Shown: positions 45,401 to 58,690, counted from the first letter of the whole stretch. The stretch is 63,456 nucleotides of DNA, filler included, from Olpidium bornovanus S191 (GCA_017911155.1; 30 parts of 30 records of this genome joined end to end with filler, not necessarily neighbours in it); one strand, 5' to 3'. Translations and numbers: made by a program. Notes: generated from the letters alone by a model not told the origin.

Positions 45401-46804
45401 ATGTTTTTCTCGCGGAAGAAGTTGCTGCATCCGTGGGGCGCTGAGGAAAAGGAGGAGCTGGACGATGAGCAGGGTGTCGCGACTAGCAGCGGAGGAGAGA
45501 CCGAAGACGACGGTGGCGGTCGCGGCGGCTGCGAGACGCGTTTGCCGAAACAGCAGCCGCCGGCACAGAGGAAGACGAAACGCGCCAAGCGGGACGCGTC
45601 CCTGCAAGCGAGGTGAGCCGGCCTGGCCCCGTGGCCATGTTCCTGCCGCCCGGGAGACCAGGAAGGGCCTTTTTTTCGCTCCTGTCCCCCTTCTCCGCCT
45701 CCTTTCCCCTCGTCCCCCGCCCGCTTATTCTCGCAAGCTTCGGCGTTGGCGCGGATCCATCGCTTCAGCCAAGCCGATCTCGACCAGCTGGTTTCCGCGT
45801 TCCAGGACAAGTGGCGTGCCAAGTCCGTCGCGAAAGCGAAAACGGTGAGGTTTCTACCGTAATGCCCTTAAAATGCGCGGAAGGCAAAATTGACCGTCGT
45901 CTCCTGCTGTCTTTCGCGGTCGAATGTAACCGTCAGGTGGAGCTTCGGTGCGTCCATCGCGTGCAAGAAACGGCGCAATCTGTTTGTCAGCTTCTGATTG
46001 ACAGCAGTAACTCGAAGTGCGCTTATCGGCGGTTCGCCCGTGGCAGACGGTTTATCGCATGCCTCTGAGTGGGTGACCGTCGGCAATTAATTTAACCTCT
46101 AATCCGAACAGCGACGAATATACGGAGACCCTCAGGAAACAGTGGGCCGCAGATCTGGAGCATCAGGCTGGGAATATTAATTGTTTGCGGACCACGATCG
46201 AAGCCGCGCTGGTATTTGTATACGCTGGAACCCGGGTTGAGCCCAAGAGCGCCGTGGCGAGCCCCAAAGCTGGTTTGGTTCGCCGTCTTAGAACGTATTC
46301 ATCGGCTTTTCTTTTTTTTTTTTGTTAATTTAGTCTAAATGCAACGGCCTGACCGAAGACGTGAGCTTGAAACTCACCGCTCTCAACCGCTCACGCCGAG
46401 AAAACGATAAAGTGCTCGCCACTTATCGTACGTTTTCCGACAGATCAAGATTAACTGGGAAACTAATATTTTCAATCGTTGACACGATTATTTTCGTCTG
46501 GCGTTTTCCCCTTGCTTCGTCTGTGCGGGGCTTGCGTATCGCGTTTTTTTTCGGCGTAGTGAAGGAGGCCCGTTCGGCCGCCTGCGAGATCCACTCGCAG
46601 TACCAGCAGGCCGCCACGGATGCGGCCCAGGCGAGATTCATGCAGAGCCAGGTACGCAGTTTTTTCCTCCGTACGTCAGATGGCAACGAACGAGGGAGGT
46701 TGGTTTATGACCTCATGTTGCGCCGTCATGTCCGACTTTTCCGGCAGGAATCCGATGACCTCGGACGTCTGCAGGCCGCTTTAATGACTATCATCCACTC
46801 TTGA
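45401..46804 (+). CDS. SYCP3/Cor1-like meiotic axis coiled-coil protein (7 exons)
   Basis: Exons 45401-45612, 45769-45844, 45937-46016, 46112-46211, 46334-46427, 46560-46651 and 46748-46804, all GT-AG with consistent phases. Segments AKAKTVEL, DEYTETLRKQWAADLE, SLKLTAL and DDLGRLQAALMTII* parallel SYCP3 AKRKRLEM, QEYSQ..QQWDLDM, SQRLKTI and QEIASVRKSLQSML. The gene model is strong; the family call is moderate. An extra 5' exon is possible. Confidence 0.55.
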
Positions 46805-47920
46805 GACATTGGTACCTGAGGGTAAATTATGCTTACCGGATTCAGGTGTTTCACCTCGCCCTGCGACTGTTTTGCCGACGACCCTACGTTTTTCGGCCGC
46901 TTGGACTTGGGAAAGACAGCTGGTACCGAAGCAGGCAGATTACCTTTCTACTATAGTTCATCGTTCCGGGGAGCTATCTCGATTGGATCTTCGTTGTCCA
47001 TCGGATGCTCGATCTGTCACCCGATCTTACATTTAAACCTGTTTTACGCAATTTCGCCTTTCGGCCCGTGCTGTGGCCACGTATTTCGAAGCACCTGTTT
47101 CATCGCCGTCTGCATTTTCGACTGCAAACTTGACTGCAAACCATTCCACCGGCGTTGCCGAATTACCGGAAAGCTCTCTCAAAATGCGCACTTCGCAAGT
47201 GTGGAAGTGGACGGAGCAAGGTTTTTTGTGCTCAAGAGGGATAGAGTGAGGTAAAGCAAGTCAAAACATCACTGTCGAAGTCAAGTTTCAGTGCAGCACA
47301 GTTGTCGGAAACAAAAAGTTCTACGTCTGCTGCGCGATCGAGAGCAGGATTGCCTAAGGCGTACGTGCGGAGGGTGGGGAGAGAAAACGTATGGATCGGC
47401 TCCGCAAGAATATGCGTCCTGAGCCGCATCCTGTTCTTTCTGCAAATGAAACGGCATCCCGAAAACACCTGGCAGAGAGTAAACCCGAAATGTCCAAGTT
47501 ACCGGGTAGGGAGGGGAGGTGCCCCAAACCGCAACCCTGCAGGATTGTGTACATACGGCAATTTATCGGGGGGTGGAGGGGCGGGGGGGCCGTTTAATTT
47601 GCAGAGAGAAACGGTTCCGCTTTGAATTTTGCCTTGTGGAATAGACCCCCCGCTGCCACCTTCCCCCACCCCGCCCCTTTTCCTGTTGACTTTTGGAGAC
47701 CGCGAAGGAAGCGGAGGGGCAACGAGGTCGCGAGAAGACAAAAAGGAAAAGAACTGTACTCCGGGCGTAACGGCGCTATCTGCTCTAGGCCTATTTTATA
47801 TGACGGAAAAGTATCCATTCTACAGGGGGAGTCCAGGGACGGTGCGCGCGGTGCGCTTACGCCTCGTGGCCCACTTTATTTTTACCCTTAATTCTACCTC
47901 TTTATTCCTTACACCCAGCC

Positions 47921-48161
47921 TCACCGAGCAAACCAATTGCCCATAGTACCGTGCTTGGGCCGTCCGGAGATATTGGTTCCAAAAGCAAGCTTTGCAGCCC
48001 CAATGTTGTCGATGGGAAGCATAGTCGGCGCAACCATTGTCTGGGGAATCGAGGGATTGCAGTATGAAACGCATCCATTGAAACTCCTGAGCAGCAGCCG
48101 ATCTCGAAATGAATTCTGCTTCACACGCCGACGCTTCTCTGTCTAAAAATCGCTTCCCCAT
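47921..48161 (-). mobile_element. Ty1/copia RNase H remnant (frameshifted)
   Basis: SACEAEFISRSAAAQEFQWMRFIL in one frame, PTMLPIDNIGAAKLA...RPKH in another. Confidence 0.75.
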
Positions 48162-48477
48162 GGATTGTCAGCAGAAATTCCGTCGTCGATGTACGCGTCT
48201 TGCGGCACCCAGCCCAGTCAGCATCTCGATGGGTGATGATGCCTTCGTTCGCATCCGAGGCTCTTGCAAAGCGAACTCCNNNNNNNNNNNNNNNNNNNNN
48301 NNNNNNNNNNNNNNNNNNNNNNNTTAATTAATTAANNNNNNNNNNNNNNNNNNNNNNNNNNNNNNNNNNNNNNNNNNNNCCCCATTTGTTTTCTATCGGA
48401 ACAAAAAAAAAATACGAAAGAAGCTTGTTGGACTGGCTCGGAGGTTCCCCAATGTAGCGCGGGGCTAGAACGCACTC

Positions 48478-50449
48478 TTAAAGTTGTTCCTCCCAAGGGA
48501 AGTGGTTCGTCGGTGCTCTGCCGGGTCGACGATCATTGGGTTCGGAATTCTTCGGTGTGCCGTCGAGCTCCGCGTTTCCCTGCGAGAGGTACGCTCCAAG
48601 GCATCCAAAAAAGCCCTCGTGCCGGCAGAAAAATGCCCGCATTGCGCCCCCCGTCCAGAAGCTTATAGCTTGGGCAAGGTACCGCGCAGACGTGGGGTTG
48701 TGACGAAGGAAGTTGCCCTTTTCGCCACGTCGGCAGGGTCGTTGCCGGCAGTAGGAAGCCGATCCGATATGAAAGCAAGGAAATGTGAGTAACCGAAAAA
48801 CGCGGAGGATTCCAAAGCGTCTGTGCGCTCGATGACTTACAATGAAATAAATATGCTTCAAGTTTTGCAGCTTCGCGACGTTATACGCTAGTTGTCCTGC
48901 GTTATTCGTGACCTACACTCCCCTCGACCCACCGTCAAAAATGCGCTTAGCATTCCGGAAAGGCGATCACCGGGACGCTGCTCCACCGACGGCCCACTGT
49001 ATTGACCACACCATGAAAAGTAACGCCTGACATATGTCATCCGGATTCGCCGACGTGCGGAGCTCGTCGTCCATGACGAACTTGCCGAAAAATGACGCGG
49101 TCACCGAGCTATCAAGCCCAATGGCCTCGTACGGTCCGCCATATATATCGCTGATTCGGCGCAAGAGGGGGCGTCAGGAGATGTGAAAGGGCTGAGGTCG
49201 GGGAACGTGTAGTCGGCGGGCCAACCCTTCGTACCCGACCGTCATATTGACATTATCCCCGTTGCCCCGTTCCGCGGCCTTCATTGCGTCGTTGAAGTTT
49301 GTGATGCCAGTCAACAGCTTTACCAGGCCGAAAAATGTCGCGCCGCCGATGGCCGTGCCCGTTACTGTGAACAGCACACAGTGTCACCTCACAGTTATAA
49401 CGCGGCAGACAAGGAGGTGGAAGCGCCCAGCCGCACGCACTTTGTGTCACGACGCACCTCGCTCAAAGCTTTCGGGTCCGGTAACTTTGATGATGGATAT
49501 CCCTGACCCGACCGTGCAGACCAGGTAGGGGTACGGACCGTTGTCTTCCTGCGTCATCTCTGCTGTTGACGACTTTTGCACTCCGTCCTCGAAGTAATAA
49601 CACTCGTCTGGCACCCACTGAGCACGTGTCATAATTTTGATGCGATTCAAGTGACTGCGCGTTGGACGCGAGAAAAAACCAAAGGTGTGCACAGCGACAA
49701 AGCAGTAGAAACAGATCCGCGGCGGAATCCCGGTATGTCTCCTTTACCTGCAACAACTCGCTCAAACCCTTGACCAGGCAGTTCATCTCGTCAAGCCGCG
49801 AGACCTTGACGTCCAGCAAATTCTTCTCGAACAGGCCTTTGAACTTCTCCGCACCACCGCCAGTCATAGCCAGTTTACCCAGCCCCGAAACGAGCCCGCG
49901 CTCCAGGATCATGTTCACCGCGGACTCCATCCGCCGGGTGTGCCAGACCAAGAAGTGGTACGTGCCGTGATCTGTGCGGATAGACAAGTCCGAATCTCGC
50001 TCGCCTTCGAATTCAGGAAAACAGCATGAGATTCTGCCTCGAACAGTCGAGGCGGCGGATTTAGGGATTAAAAGCCCGCGTACCAGACGACCCGTACACA
50101 GTGGATTCCAGCACAAACTTGCGTATGCTCTCTGCCTCGGACGCGTTGTCTGGTTCGAAAAACACGCACTTTGCGAGGCTCCCGCCTATGTCCAGGCCTG
50201 CCACAGCGCGGTGGAGGAGACCGGGCGCGCGTCAGTTTGGCCCGGAAAAGGGCGAAAGACTAGCTTTTCGCGAGCCGGAGGCCGGACGTCACGAGTCGGT
50301 GCCGCCGGCCGCAGGGGGGGGGGGTTCACGATGCGCCTACCGACGTAGCCCAGCCGTTGGGTGTCCGGGGGCGGCATTTTGGGGGCACCAGCGGCCTTCC
50401 CCGGGGCGGCGACGGGCGCCTTTGTTCCGGGCAACGTCGTCTCTGGCAT
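48478..50449 (-). CDS. CAB1: Type II pantothenate kinase (PANK/fumble family)
   Basis: GLDIGGSLAK, MTGGGAEKF, DEMNCLVKG, PYPYLVCTVGSGISIIKV, GTAIGGATFFGL, GDNVNMTVGDIYGG, ASFFGK and FWTGGAMRAFFCRHEGFFG over many exons. Start codon uncertain. Confidence 0.93.
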
Positions 50450-51199
50450 CCGGCGCCGGCTGGTTCTCGTGCGCGGGCAGGGGTGACTTCGTGTGTTGTT
50501 GTTGTTCAGCAAAGGATCTCCCTCGCGAGTCACGCGGGCGCCCGCCGCGGAGGGAGGGAGGGAATGTTTTAGGGCGGGGAAGGGGGTGACGAGGCTGTTT
50601 GGCTTTCGGCTGTCGACCGGGAGACGGGGAAGCGCCGCCGGGACCCGCGAGAAAGAAAGATAAGGACAAAAAACTGGAAATCGGCGGGCGTAGTAACCGC
50701 GCCGTGTCTCGGCCCCAAAAGCCTGCTTTTTATGCGACGGGGAAATTGGCTGGCAATTCCAAAAAAGGGGAACGAAATTCGCACCGGGGATGGAGGGGCA
50801 CTCCATGTTTTGCGCCTCGAATTCCATCCGTTCTTTTGCCGCTTTATATTCCCCACACGTCCCCGCCTCACCCTGGCGCACCAAACGCCCGCGGCATTCC
50901 TGAATTTACTCCATCTTCCTTTCGGCATTGCTAACTCTGGGCGGTTTCACATCTGACTGTTGACCTGAACGTTCCAGCCGCGCGTAATTGCCGACAGGAC
51001 GTTGTTGTTTCTCGTCTTTTGTGATTTTTGATTTCTGGTTGCGCAGCGGGAACGGGGAAGCAAAGCTCAGTGCGTTTGCATCCCGCTCGGCGAGAGCTTT
51101 TGTGGGGGGGGGTCATTTGAAAGTGTGCAAAAGTGCATCTGAAACGTACGGGCCATCTGCCGGTCGCAATAGCCGCCCTTGTTAGCACCTTGCCTTCTA

Positions 51200-51430
51200 C
51201 CAACACTATCCCGTGACGCCAACTCCACCAGCGGTTCGAACTCTACCTCCCCGTTGAGACCTGAGTCGGGGCGAGGTGTCCAAGCGAAACAGGCGGTCCT
51301 GGTCATTCCTCGTCCCCGTAGCGACGATGGCTTTCCCTTGATAGATGTACACCTTCCAGTATGATCTGAACAGCACGTCCAGTCCGTTGTAAGTGGCTGC
51401 CGGTATCGAGAACAAGGGCATCCGGACGAG
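51200..51430 (-). mobile_element. Ty1/copia pol remnant (protease to pre-integrase linker)
   Basis: LFSIPAATYNGLDVLF...IVATGTRNDQDRLFRLD resembles the copia L.SV..G..V.F...G.R..LY.L pattern, followed by stops. Confidence 0.5.
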
Positions 51431-53163
51431 NNNNNNNNNNNNNNNNNNNNNNNNNNNNNNNNNNNNNNNNNNNNTTAATTAATTAANNNNNNNNNNNNNN
51501 NNNNNNNNNNNNNNNNNNNNNNNNNNNNNNCATGTGGCGTCTACGAGGTCGACGGGGATGCCTTCGAAGAGAATTGATGGGTCACGTGTCGGGGATCAAT
51601 GGCCTATAGTCGGGATCGATAGGCTATGGTCGGCGCACTACACTGTGGCGATGGTAGTGAATCCCGAATATCATTCCCGGCATCTGTCAAAAAAGAAAAT
51701 ATTCAAATCTTTAGGAAACTCGGCGTCCCTGGTTTTCCCTCAAATCATTCCACATCTTATATACGTGAATATTTTAAATGTAGCCCCATTTTGATGGGGC
51801 ATTTACGACCTCTACACAATATGGGCCAACTAATGTACCTAACCAGCCGTGTACTTTATCACTGGCGTATCTGAAAGTTCTGTTGGCTTTTTCCGTTTCT
51901 ACTTCTTCGTCACGTTTGCTCTTCTTTTCCTTCACTTCAACTGTCACCTTTTTTCCATTTTGATGCATTTTGTTTAAAGCGGTCTGAAAGCTGTTCAAAG
52001 TTCTTCTGAAGTTCATCACATTGCGAATTGTGTTGGGGGCGAAGAGAGGGGGGGTGTGTGGAACCTGGGCGGAAACCTGTGCGGAGCCGGGGTCCCACCG
52101 GGACCATAGGTCATTTACCACTCCCGAGGCCAACACAGCCCCGAGGGACCCACTGGGTCCGCCCTGCTACTGCATGGCGCTAGCTCACTGGCTAATACAA
52201 TAGCCCTTAAGGGCGTTGGTAACTATCTCTAGCTATGGCTCGCCATGGGAACTTGGTGTCTCGCGGAGCGGCCCTCACCAATTGTCCCTGTTTCTTTTGG
52301 CATTTACAATAACAAGACAAAAGTGTTTCAGAAAGAGCATAAATTTCCATGATTCCTGGCCCGACGTCCCTCGACTTTCATCCACTCGTCTCCTAACCCA
52401 CGAGAATCTTCTCGTGGAGCGGATCTCCCGCTACGTGCCCCCTTCCCCCCCCCCCCCCCCCCCCCCGCCCCCCCCCCCCCCCCCCCGCCCCCCCCTCCCC
52501 CCCCCCCCCCTCCCGTAGCTGATCCGGTCGGTAACTGGCGCTTTTAATAAAGTCACGGAGAACTTTAAGCAGTCTGAAAACCGGACGGATGGAAAAGCTC
52601 AGATTGCCACGTGCAGTTAGAGCGAACCAGACATGCGGTTTGAAGTTAATTGGAAGTGCCGCGTGTCCAGCTTTCAAGGGCCCTGGCGCGATCCCTTACA
52701 TCAATCAGCCTACCTGCTGTCTGAGGCGCATAGTCGGAATCCTGGATTCCGTCACCCCCACCCCCGCCCCCACCCCAGCACGACGATCACAGACATCTCA
52801 CCTCAGTCGCGGGACAAAGTGGACTTTGCAGAGCTCGCGGTGACCGCGCGACGGCGGCGGCGGCGACGACAAGTTCGAGGCCGGCGACGGAACAGCCGCG
52901 TTTCCGGAGACGTTCGCAAGACTTTGTTGGCGCGGAGCGGAAACAGGCCGCGCACAAGGCGGAGCTCGCAAACGTCGGGCCCCCCCGCCGGCCCTCCGCC
53001 CCCTCTTTCCGCGCTTCCCCTTCCCGGCCCCGCCCCCCCTGTTCCTCTCTCTCCCTCTCTCTCTCCCTCTCTCTCTCCCTCTCTCTTCCGTATCCTCCCC
53101 TCTCCGCCGCCCTCTTTCCTCCTCGCCTCTCATCCTTCCTCGCCGGCGCTCCCCTCACCGTCC

Positions 53164-53274
<111 letters not shown>

Positions 53275-53292
53275 TTCCCCCCCCCGCCGAGC

Positions 53293-54276
53293 ATGCTCCA
53301 GCGGGTGTTCAGCGACGACGACGAATTTCTGCAGCATCAGAAGCTGTCGCAGCAGCAGCAGCAGCAGCAGCAGCAGCGGCAGATCCCTCCCCAGAAGCTC
53401 CTGTCCCTGCAGCAGCTGCCCGCCCTCGTCGCTGGCAGCTCGCGGGCGGTCGGCGGCGGCTGCGCGTCCGATCTCGTGGCGGCCGGCGGCGGCATCGTCG
53501 ATCCCGGCGGCGGCGGCTGCGCTGGCGCGGCCGGGAGCCCGGCGGCCGCCGGTGAGTTTTTGAACCATGCCGCGGGGTGCGCCGCCGCCGCCGCGTCGCT
53601 GCACGGGGCGTTGTACCAGCAGCCGCACGGCGGGCAGCACCAGACGAACACGGCGGCGATCACGGCCTTAAAGATGGGCACGGCCTCGACGGCGTCTTCC
53701 GCGGCGCCGAACCCGCCTGCCGCCGTTGCCGCCGCCGCGATGCCGAGAGCCGGCCTCGTTTCGCAGCCGCAGCCGGCCCAGCTCGCTACCGATTACGCGT
53801 ACTCCGCAACTTCGGTCGAGGTGCCCCGCGCCGTTTCTTGGCGACCTTGAGATTGTGGTTGGCGACCTCTTTTGCATCAGAGCTGACCGTCCCCCCCCCC
53901 CCCCCCTCGCTTTGAACAGCAACTGGCTGTGCAGCACAGGCTTCCGTATTCGCCGATCCTCAGCCAACCGGCTGAACGCGAAGTAGTCGACAAGAACATT
54001 GGTAGGCTGGGACCGTCAACCGGGGGATGCTCATACACACCCCTCCTCCGCTGCTGTCACAACTTCCGTTTACCCACCCCTCCTCCCCTATCCTGACCCC
54101 CCGCGGTCCTCGGTCACATTTGCCGAATTGATACCGTCCTAATTTAAAATACTCTGAAACCGTCCGACCGCTTTACCCCGGAATCCACAATTCACACAGC
54201 CATGTGGGTTGGTAACATCCCTGTCGACGCGACGGAGCAAGAATTGCTCTTTTACTTTGCACCGTCAAATCCAATC
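53293..54276 (+). CDS. Poly-Q, Ala/Gly-rich protein with the start of an RRM of the type found in fungal YTH-domain proteins; 3'-truncated
   Basis: ATG 53293 (MLQRVFSDDDEFLQHQKLSQ8). Exon 54200-54276 gives MWVGNIPVDATEQELLFYF, an RNP2-like start. The YTH domain itself is not in the contig. Confidence 0.5.
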
Positions 54277-54845
54277 GTGAGTCACAATTCTATCAGCGAA
54301 TGCGCGCGGTCCCCCCGTTCTTTTCCAGTTCGTTTGCGCATTCTTTTGCGCCGGGGAACGCGTTTCCTACGTCCGTTGGCGGAATCGCGCGACGGCTGAA
54401 GCGCTTTTGCTTATTCTTCTTCAAACCGCGCCGTGGTGCACACACGCGCGCACACAAAAACATGNNNNNNNNNNNNNNNNNNNNNNNNNNNNNNNNNNNN
54501 NNNNNNNNTTAATTAATTAANNNNNNNNNNNNNNNNNNNNNNNNNNNNNNNNNNNNNNNNNNNNCATGGCAAGGGCATCTTGAGTCGTTTGTGAGCGAAG
54601 TACCGCCTGAAACGATCTGGGCAGCCGCCCAGATCCTCGACAGACTCACACCTATCGTCGGCCGACGTAAACCTGCTCCAGCAAAAAGGGAACTGAATAA
54701 GGAAATAGAAGAAACAAAAAAAACGTAAGGAAGAAAAAAAAACGAAAAACCAATAAAAAAATAAAAATAAAAGAAAAACAACCCGAAAGAAAATAAAAGA
54801 CAACAAACAAAGAAAAAAAAAAGTAAAAAGAAAAAAAAAAATTAA

Positions 54846-54910
<65 letters not shown>

Positions 54911-55117
54911 ACAAAAAGAAAACATTAAAGAGGGGATGAAGAGGAGTCGAACGCAGAGGAGGGGTTGAAAGGCGGGCGGCCTGCCCGCATCTATGACCAG
55001 TTTATGGGAAGATATTGGAAACCAGCGCGCGCGTAAAAGGGGAAATTAAGAAAAATTAAAGAGAAAGTTCGCCGCGCACGCCGCCTACCGCCGAACGTTC
55101 GCTGCCGGCGGTAGGCC

Positions 55118-56410
55118 TTAAGGCCGGAAAAACTCGGGACTCGAATGCCGGCGGTAATTAGCCTCAGGACCGGCGTCAGGGGCGGGCGACCTGGGGTCCG
55201 CTGCCGCGGGAAAACCCCGAGAATCTGGCCGGAGGTCGACGGGCGGAAGCGACCGGGATTCGGGCCATTCATCCTCCCAGCCGGCGCTGTGCCGACGCTC
55301 GGGCCACTCGTCCTCGCAGCCGCTGTACCACCTCTCCTCCTCGTCGTCTTCGTCGTCCTCCGCTTTTTCCACCAAATCGTCAACCTCCCGCTCCGCGCCC
55401 GAGCATTCGAGCGGCAGACCCTCTTTCAGGTAGACGGCGCACCGCCGCCCCCGGTCGGAGATGCCGGCGGCGTTCTCGGCGTAACCGCAGACGCCGGATT
55501 CCGAGTTCCGGGCGTAATGCGCGGCTGCCGAGGGCGCGATTGAGAACGCGGACGGCTGCCTTCCGCTCTGGCTGGTGGGCGGCAGGGCGGCGAACGCAGC
55601 AGAGTGCGGCATTTTCCCGTCCGGGATGCAAAGCGGGCGGCCGGGGTAGACCAACGTCTTGGAGCAGGGCGTGCGGCAGCCGGAGAACGAGGCCCGTTTT
55701 GTCGGCGACGGCCTTCCGCAGGAAAGCGCGGAAGCGTCCCGGAATGCGCGACCGAAGATAATCCGGTCCTTGCGCTCCTCCTCCTCGACCACCGGCGAGT
55801 CCCGGCGCCTGTTCAACTCGTACTCCTTGTTCAGCTCGTACTCCTTGTTCAACCGCTTGCGCTCATTCAGACGCGGGAACACTACGACGATTAGGTTCCG
55901 TGCGACACCAAAGGCGTACAGCGACAGCGCCAGTAGGTGGCAACCTACTGCGAAGTACGCCGCGGGTATTCGAATGATATCTTGCGGCACGATAGAAGAG
56001 CAGACTAGAATGATTGCGCTCAAGCGCAGGAAGCTGATAGTGGAGCGCAGGTCGTTGCCCTTCAGGTACGGTCGGCATTTGAGTTGTGCCAATGTCCCAA
56101 TCAACTCAATGCCTAGGACGGCTCCCGCCTGGATGTAGCCCCAGACGGCCGGCGATGTTGTGGGGTTGGCGTTGGTTATGGCGCCGACGGCTCCGACGGT
56201 CACGCCGAGGGAGAACAGTAGCGTTAACGGCAGGAGGTAATAGTAGTAAGTGGTCTGCTTGAGGTCATTGTAGAGTGGACCGGCCCAGAGCATGGTTTTT
56301 TTTGACTCGAAGGTTTGTGCGTCGTGGGTGTCCACTACGATCTTGTAATTCAAAAATGACAACAGGATGATCGCAAAAAGCAGGAGCGCCGCAGCGGCGT
56401 GCGTCCAGGA
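55118..56410 (-). CDS. Fungal TRP-like (FLC/Pkd2 family) membrane protein, C-terminal part, 5'-truncated
   Basis: Multi-TM ORF with GPLYNDLK..YYY, IQAGAVLGIE and LKCRPYLKGNDL..FLR, then a long cytosolic tail with an NKEYEL x2 duplication. Confidence 0.7.
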   Translation of the reverse strand, partial: SWTHAAAALLLFAIILLSFLNYKIVVDTHDAQTFESKKTMLWAGPLYNDLKQTTYYYYLLPLTLLFSLGVTVGAVGAITNANPTTSPAVWGYIQAGAVLGIELIGTLAQLKCRPYLKGNDLRSTISFLRLSAIILVCSSIVPQDIIRIPAAYFAVGCHLLALSLYAFGVARNLIVVVFPRLNERKRLNKEYELNKEYELNRRRDSPVVEEEERKDRIIFGRAFRDASALSCGRPSPTKRASFSGCRTPCSKTLVYPGRPLCIPDGKMPHSAAFAALPPTSQSGRQPSAFSIAPSAAAHYARNSESGVCGYAENAAGISDRGRRCAVYLKEGLPLECSGAEREVDDLVEKAEDDEDDEEERWYSGCEDEWPERRHSAGWEDEWPESRSLPPVDLRPDSRGFPAAADPRSPAPDAGPEANYRRHSSPEFFRP

Positions 56411-57728
56411 NNNNNNNNNNNNNNNNNNNNNNNNNNNNNNNNNNNNNNNNNNNNTTAATTAATTAANNNNNNNNNNNNNNNNNNNNNNNNNNNNNNNNNN
56501 NNNNNNNNNNAATTTGGCAACGTATGATCTGTGGATTTGGCACGCAATTTTATGGCACGCTTGGATCAACCAAATAAGGGCCGCATCTTACGTTTTTTTG
56601 TCAGGCAACCCCCGTAGATCGCGTTCGCATGGCTCGCAGCACGACGACGACCCCTGAATTGTGCCCGAAAGGGGGGCCTGCAAATCGCGCAACCCTCGCG
56701 AACTTTTCTATCTGATTTTCGCCTGCAACCGGGAATCTGAGGAGGCGTCGCGCCGTAAAAGAGCGTCGCGTCGATGGATCTCGTAACTCAGTAATGCAAC
56801 ACACCGAAGCCTTTTTGTGACCATCATCAGAGGACAATCGTTTGTTCTTTCTGTTTTTTCATTTTGGCTGCATTGTCACGCAGCAATCGGCTTCATCACG
56901 TGCGAACCAGAGCTCGCTGCGGCTCCGTGAATGCGGCCTGGAGCGATGCCGGTCGCCACGCCGACCTCCGCCTCGAACAAGGCCGGTCGTAGGAGGCCGG
57001 CTGCGGGTGTGTCCTGCTGATCCGTTTAGGGGTGTCGTTTTTCGTGCGCGCGTGGTTTCAGGGCTGCGAGAAAATTCCCGAGAGAACGAGAACCATCCCC
57101 CCCCCCTTCCTTCCCGCGTTTCCGCCGACCGTCGACCGCCGCACACAAAAAGCTATGCCGTTTTAGGGCGGCGGAGATGTCGTGAAGAAGGTCGTCGAAA
57201 AAAAAAAAAAAAACACCTGCGCGACGACGTCGCGTTTGCGGCGTTCCCGCCTGTCCGAAGTGCGGCCCCGCCGCCGATGACGTCATGACGTCATGACGTT
57301 ATGTCGATGTTACAACCGGGAGGAGGAGCAGCGTACGCGTCCGCATGAACGTCGGCAGAAAAAAAAAAAAAAAAAAAATAGATCCGCAGGTGACAGGGGA
57401 AGGTGCTTACCTATTCGCAGAAATCCGACACAAAAAGTATGGGGAAAATGAGGAAAACGATAGTGGTTCTGTACGATTCTAACCTTAACGGTTCGGCTAT
57501 TATTTTGCCGGCTCGGNNNNNNNNNNNNNNNNNNNNNNNNNNNNNNNNNNNNNNNNNNNNTTAATTAATTAANNNNNNNNNNNNNNNNNNNNNNNNNNNN
57601 NNNNNNNNNNNNNNNNCCTAATAATATTTGCAATACTCGTAAAGTGTAAAGTGCAGATAAATGAACTTTAACTGGAAAAACAGAGGGAACAAAGGGAAAC
57701 AGATAAAAAGAAAACAGAACCCCCGCAC

Positions 57729-58507
57729 CTTAAGCTCTCGCACTTGTCGCTCGCTTTTCAGTGCGTCCGATCCGACCGTCTCGGCGAAAGTGAATACCCG
57801 CGGCGTCGCGACTGCCAAAAAAACCACGTGTTGCAGGCATCGCGATCAGCAAATGTTGTCCACTTTGAAGGTTGCGAAGCGGCACCGCTTGGAGAAGCGC
57901 AGTGGTTTCGACGCTTACCCGAGTGTATCTCCGGTATACCATCACTTCGCCGGCGCTTCACTGGAGGGTCGACCACTGTTCGAAACGTGCGCGAGAGGGG
58001 TTAGTCTCAAACACCCGAGCAGCCGAACAAAGAATGACGCGCACGCCAAGTTTCTAATAGGTTCCAAAAAAAGAGCAAAGACAAGACAACGCCGGGAATT
58101 GCCCTGCGGACTCTGCCTCGACATGGCCCAGGAGTCGACGACCTACGCAACGCGTCCAGACACGCCTCGGTCCTCTTCCTCTTGATCCTCAAGATGGTAT
58201 ACGGCCCATCGTCGGCCGCAGACAAACTTGCACTCTCGGAACAGAGTTCCCCTGGCGGACCGCCGACCGCTTCGCCGGCCGGCAACGCTTCACGCACTTC
58301 CTCCCCGCCGCCTCGCTGACCGGGCCGACCCTCCCGCCCGCCCGCCGGCGGGATGTCCGGCTGCACCAGGACAAGCGAGCGGGTTGTCCGGCTGTCGTGC
58401 TCCGGGCTCTGCTCGCGCGGCCGCGTGTCGGTCCCGTTTTCTTCCGCCTTCGCCCCAACCGCAACCAAGGCTGCCGCCGCCGTCGCCGCCGCCGTCGCAG
58501 GCGACAT
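57729..58507 (-). CDS. IWR1: Iwr1/SLC7A6OS-like RNA polymerase II nuclear import factor, 3'-truncated
   Basis: YTILRIKRKRTEACLDALLV (spliced), PVKRRR and RVFTFAETV, with canonical splice sites. Confidence 0.6.
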
Positions 58508-58627
58508 TCTTTTCTCTCTGCCGTTCGCGAACTTCGCTCCGGTTGTTTGGCTTGTGGGAGGGAGGGTTGGGTGGATGGTGTCCCGCAGGGGCAGAGGAGA
58601 ACGAAGCGGGCGGCAGCGAAAAACAAA

Positions 58628-58690
<63 letters not shown>

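Noticed and set aside
51531-52136. Possible decayed TE gag on the minus strand
   Set aside because: Only scattered protein-like fragments among many stops, with no diagnostic motif.
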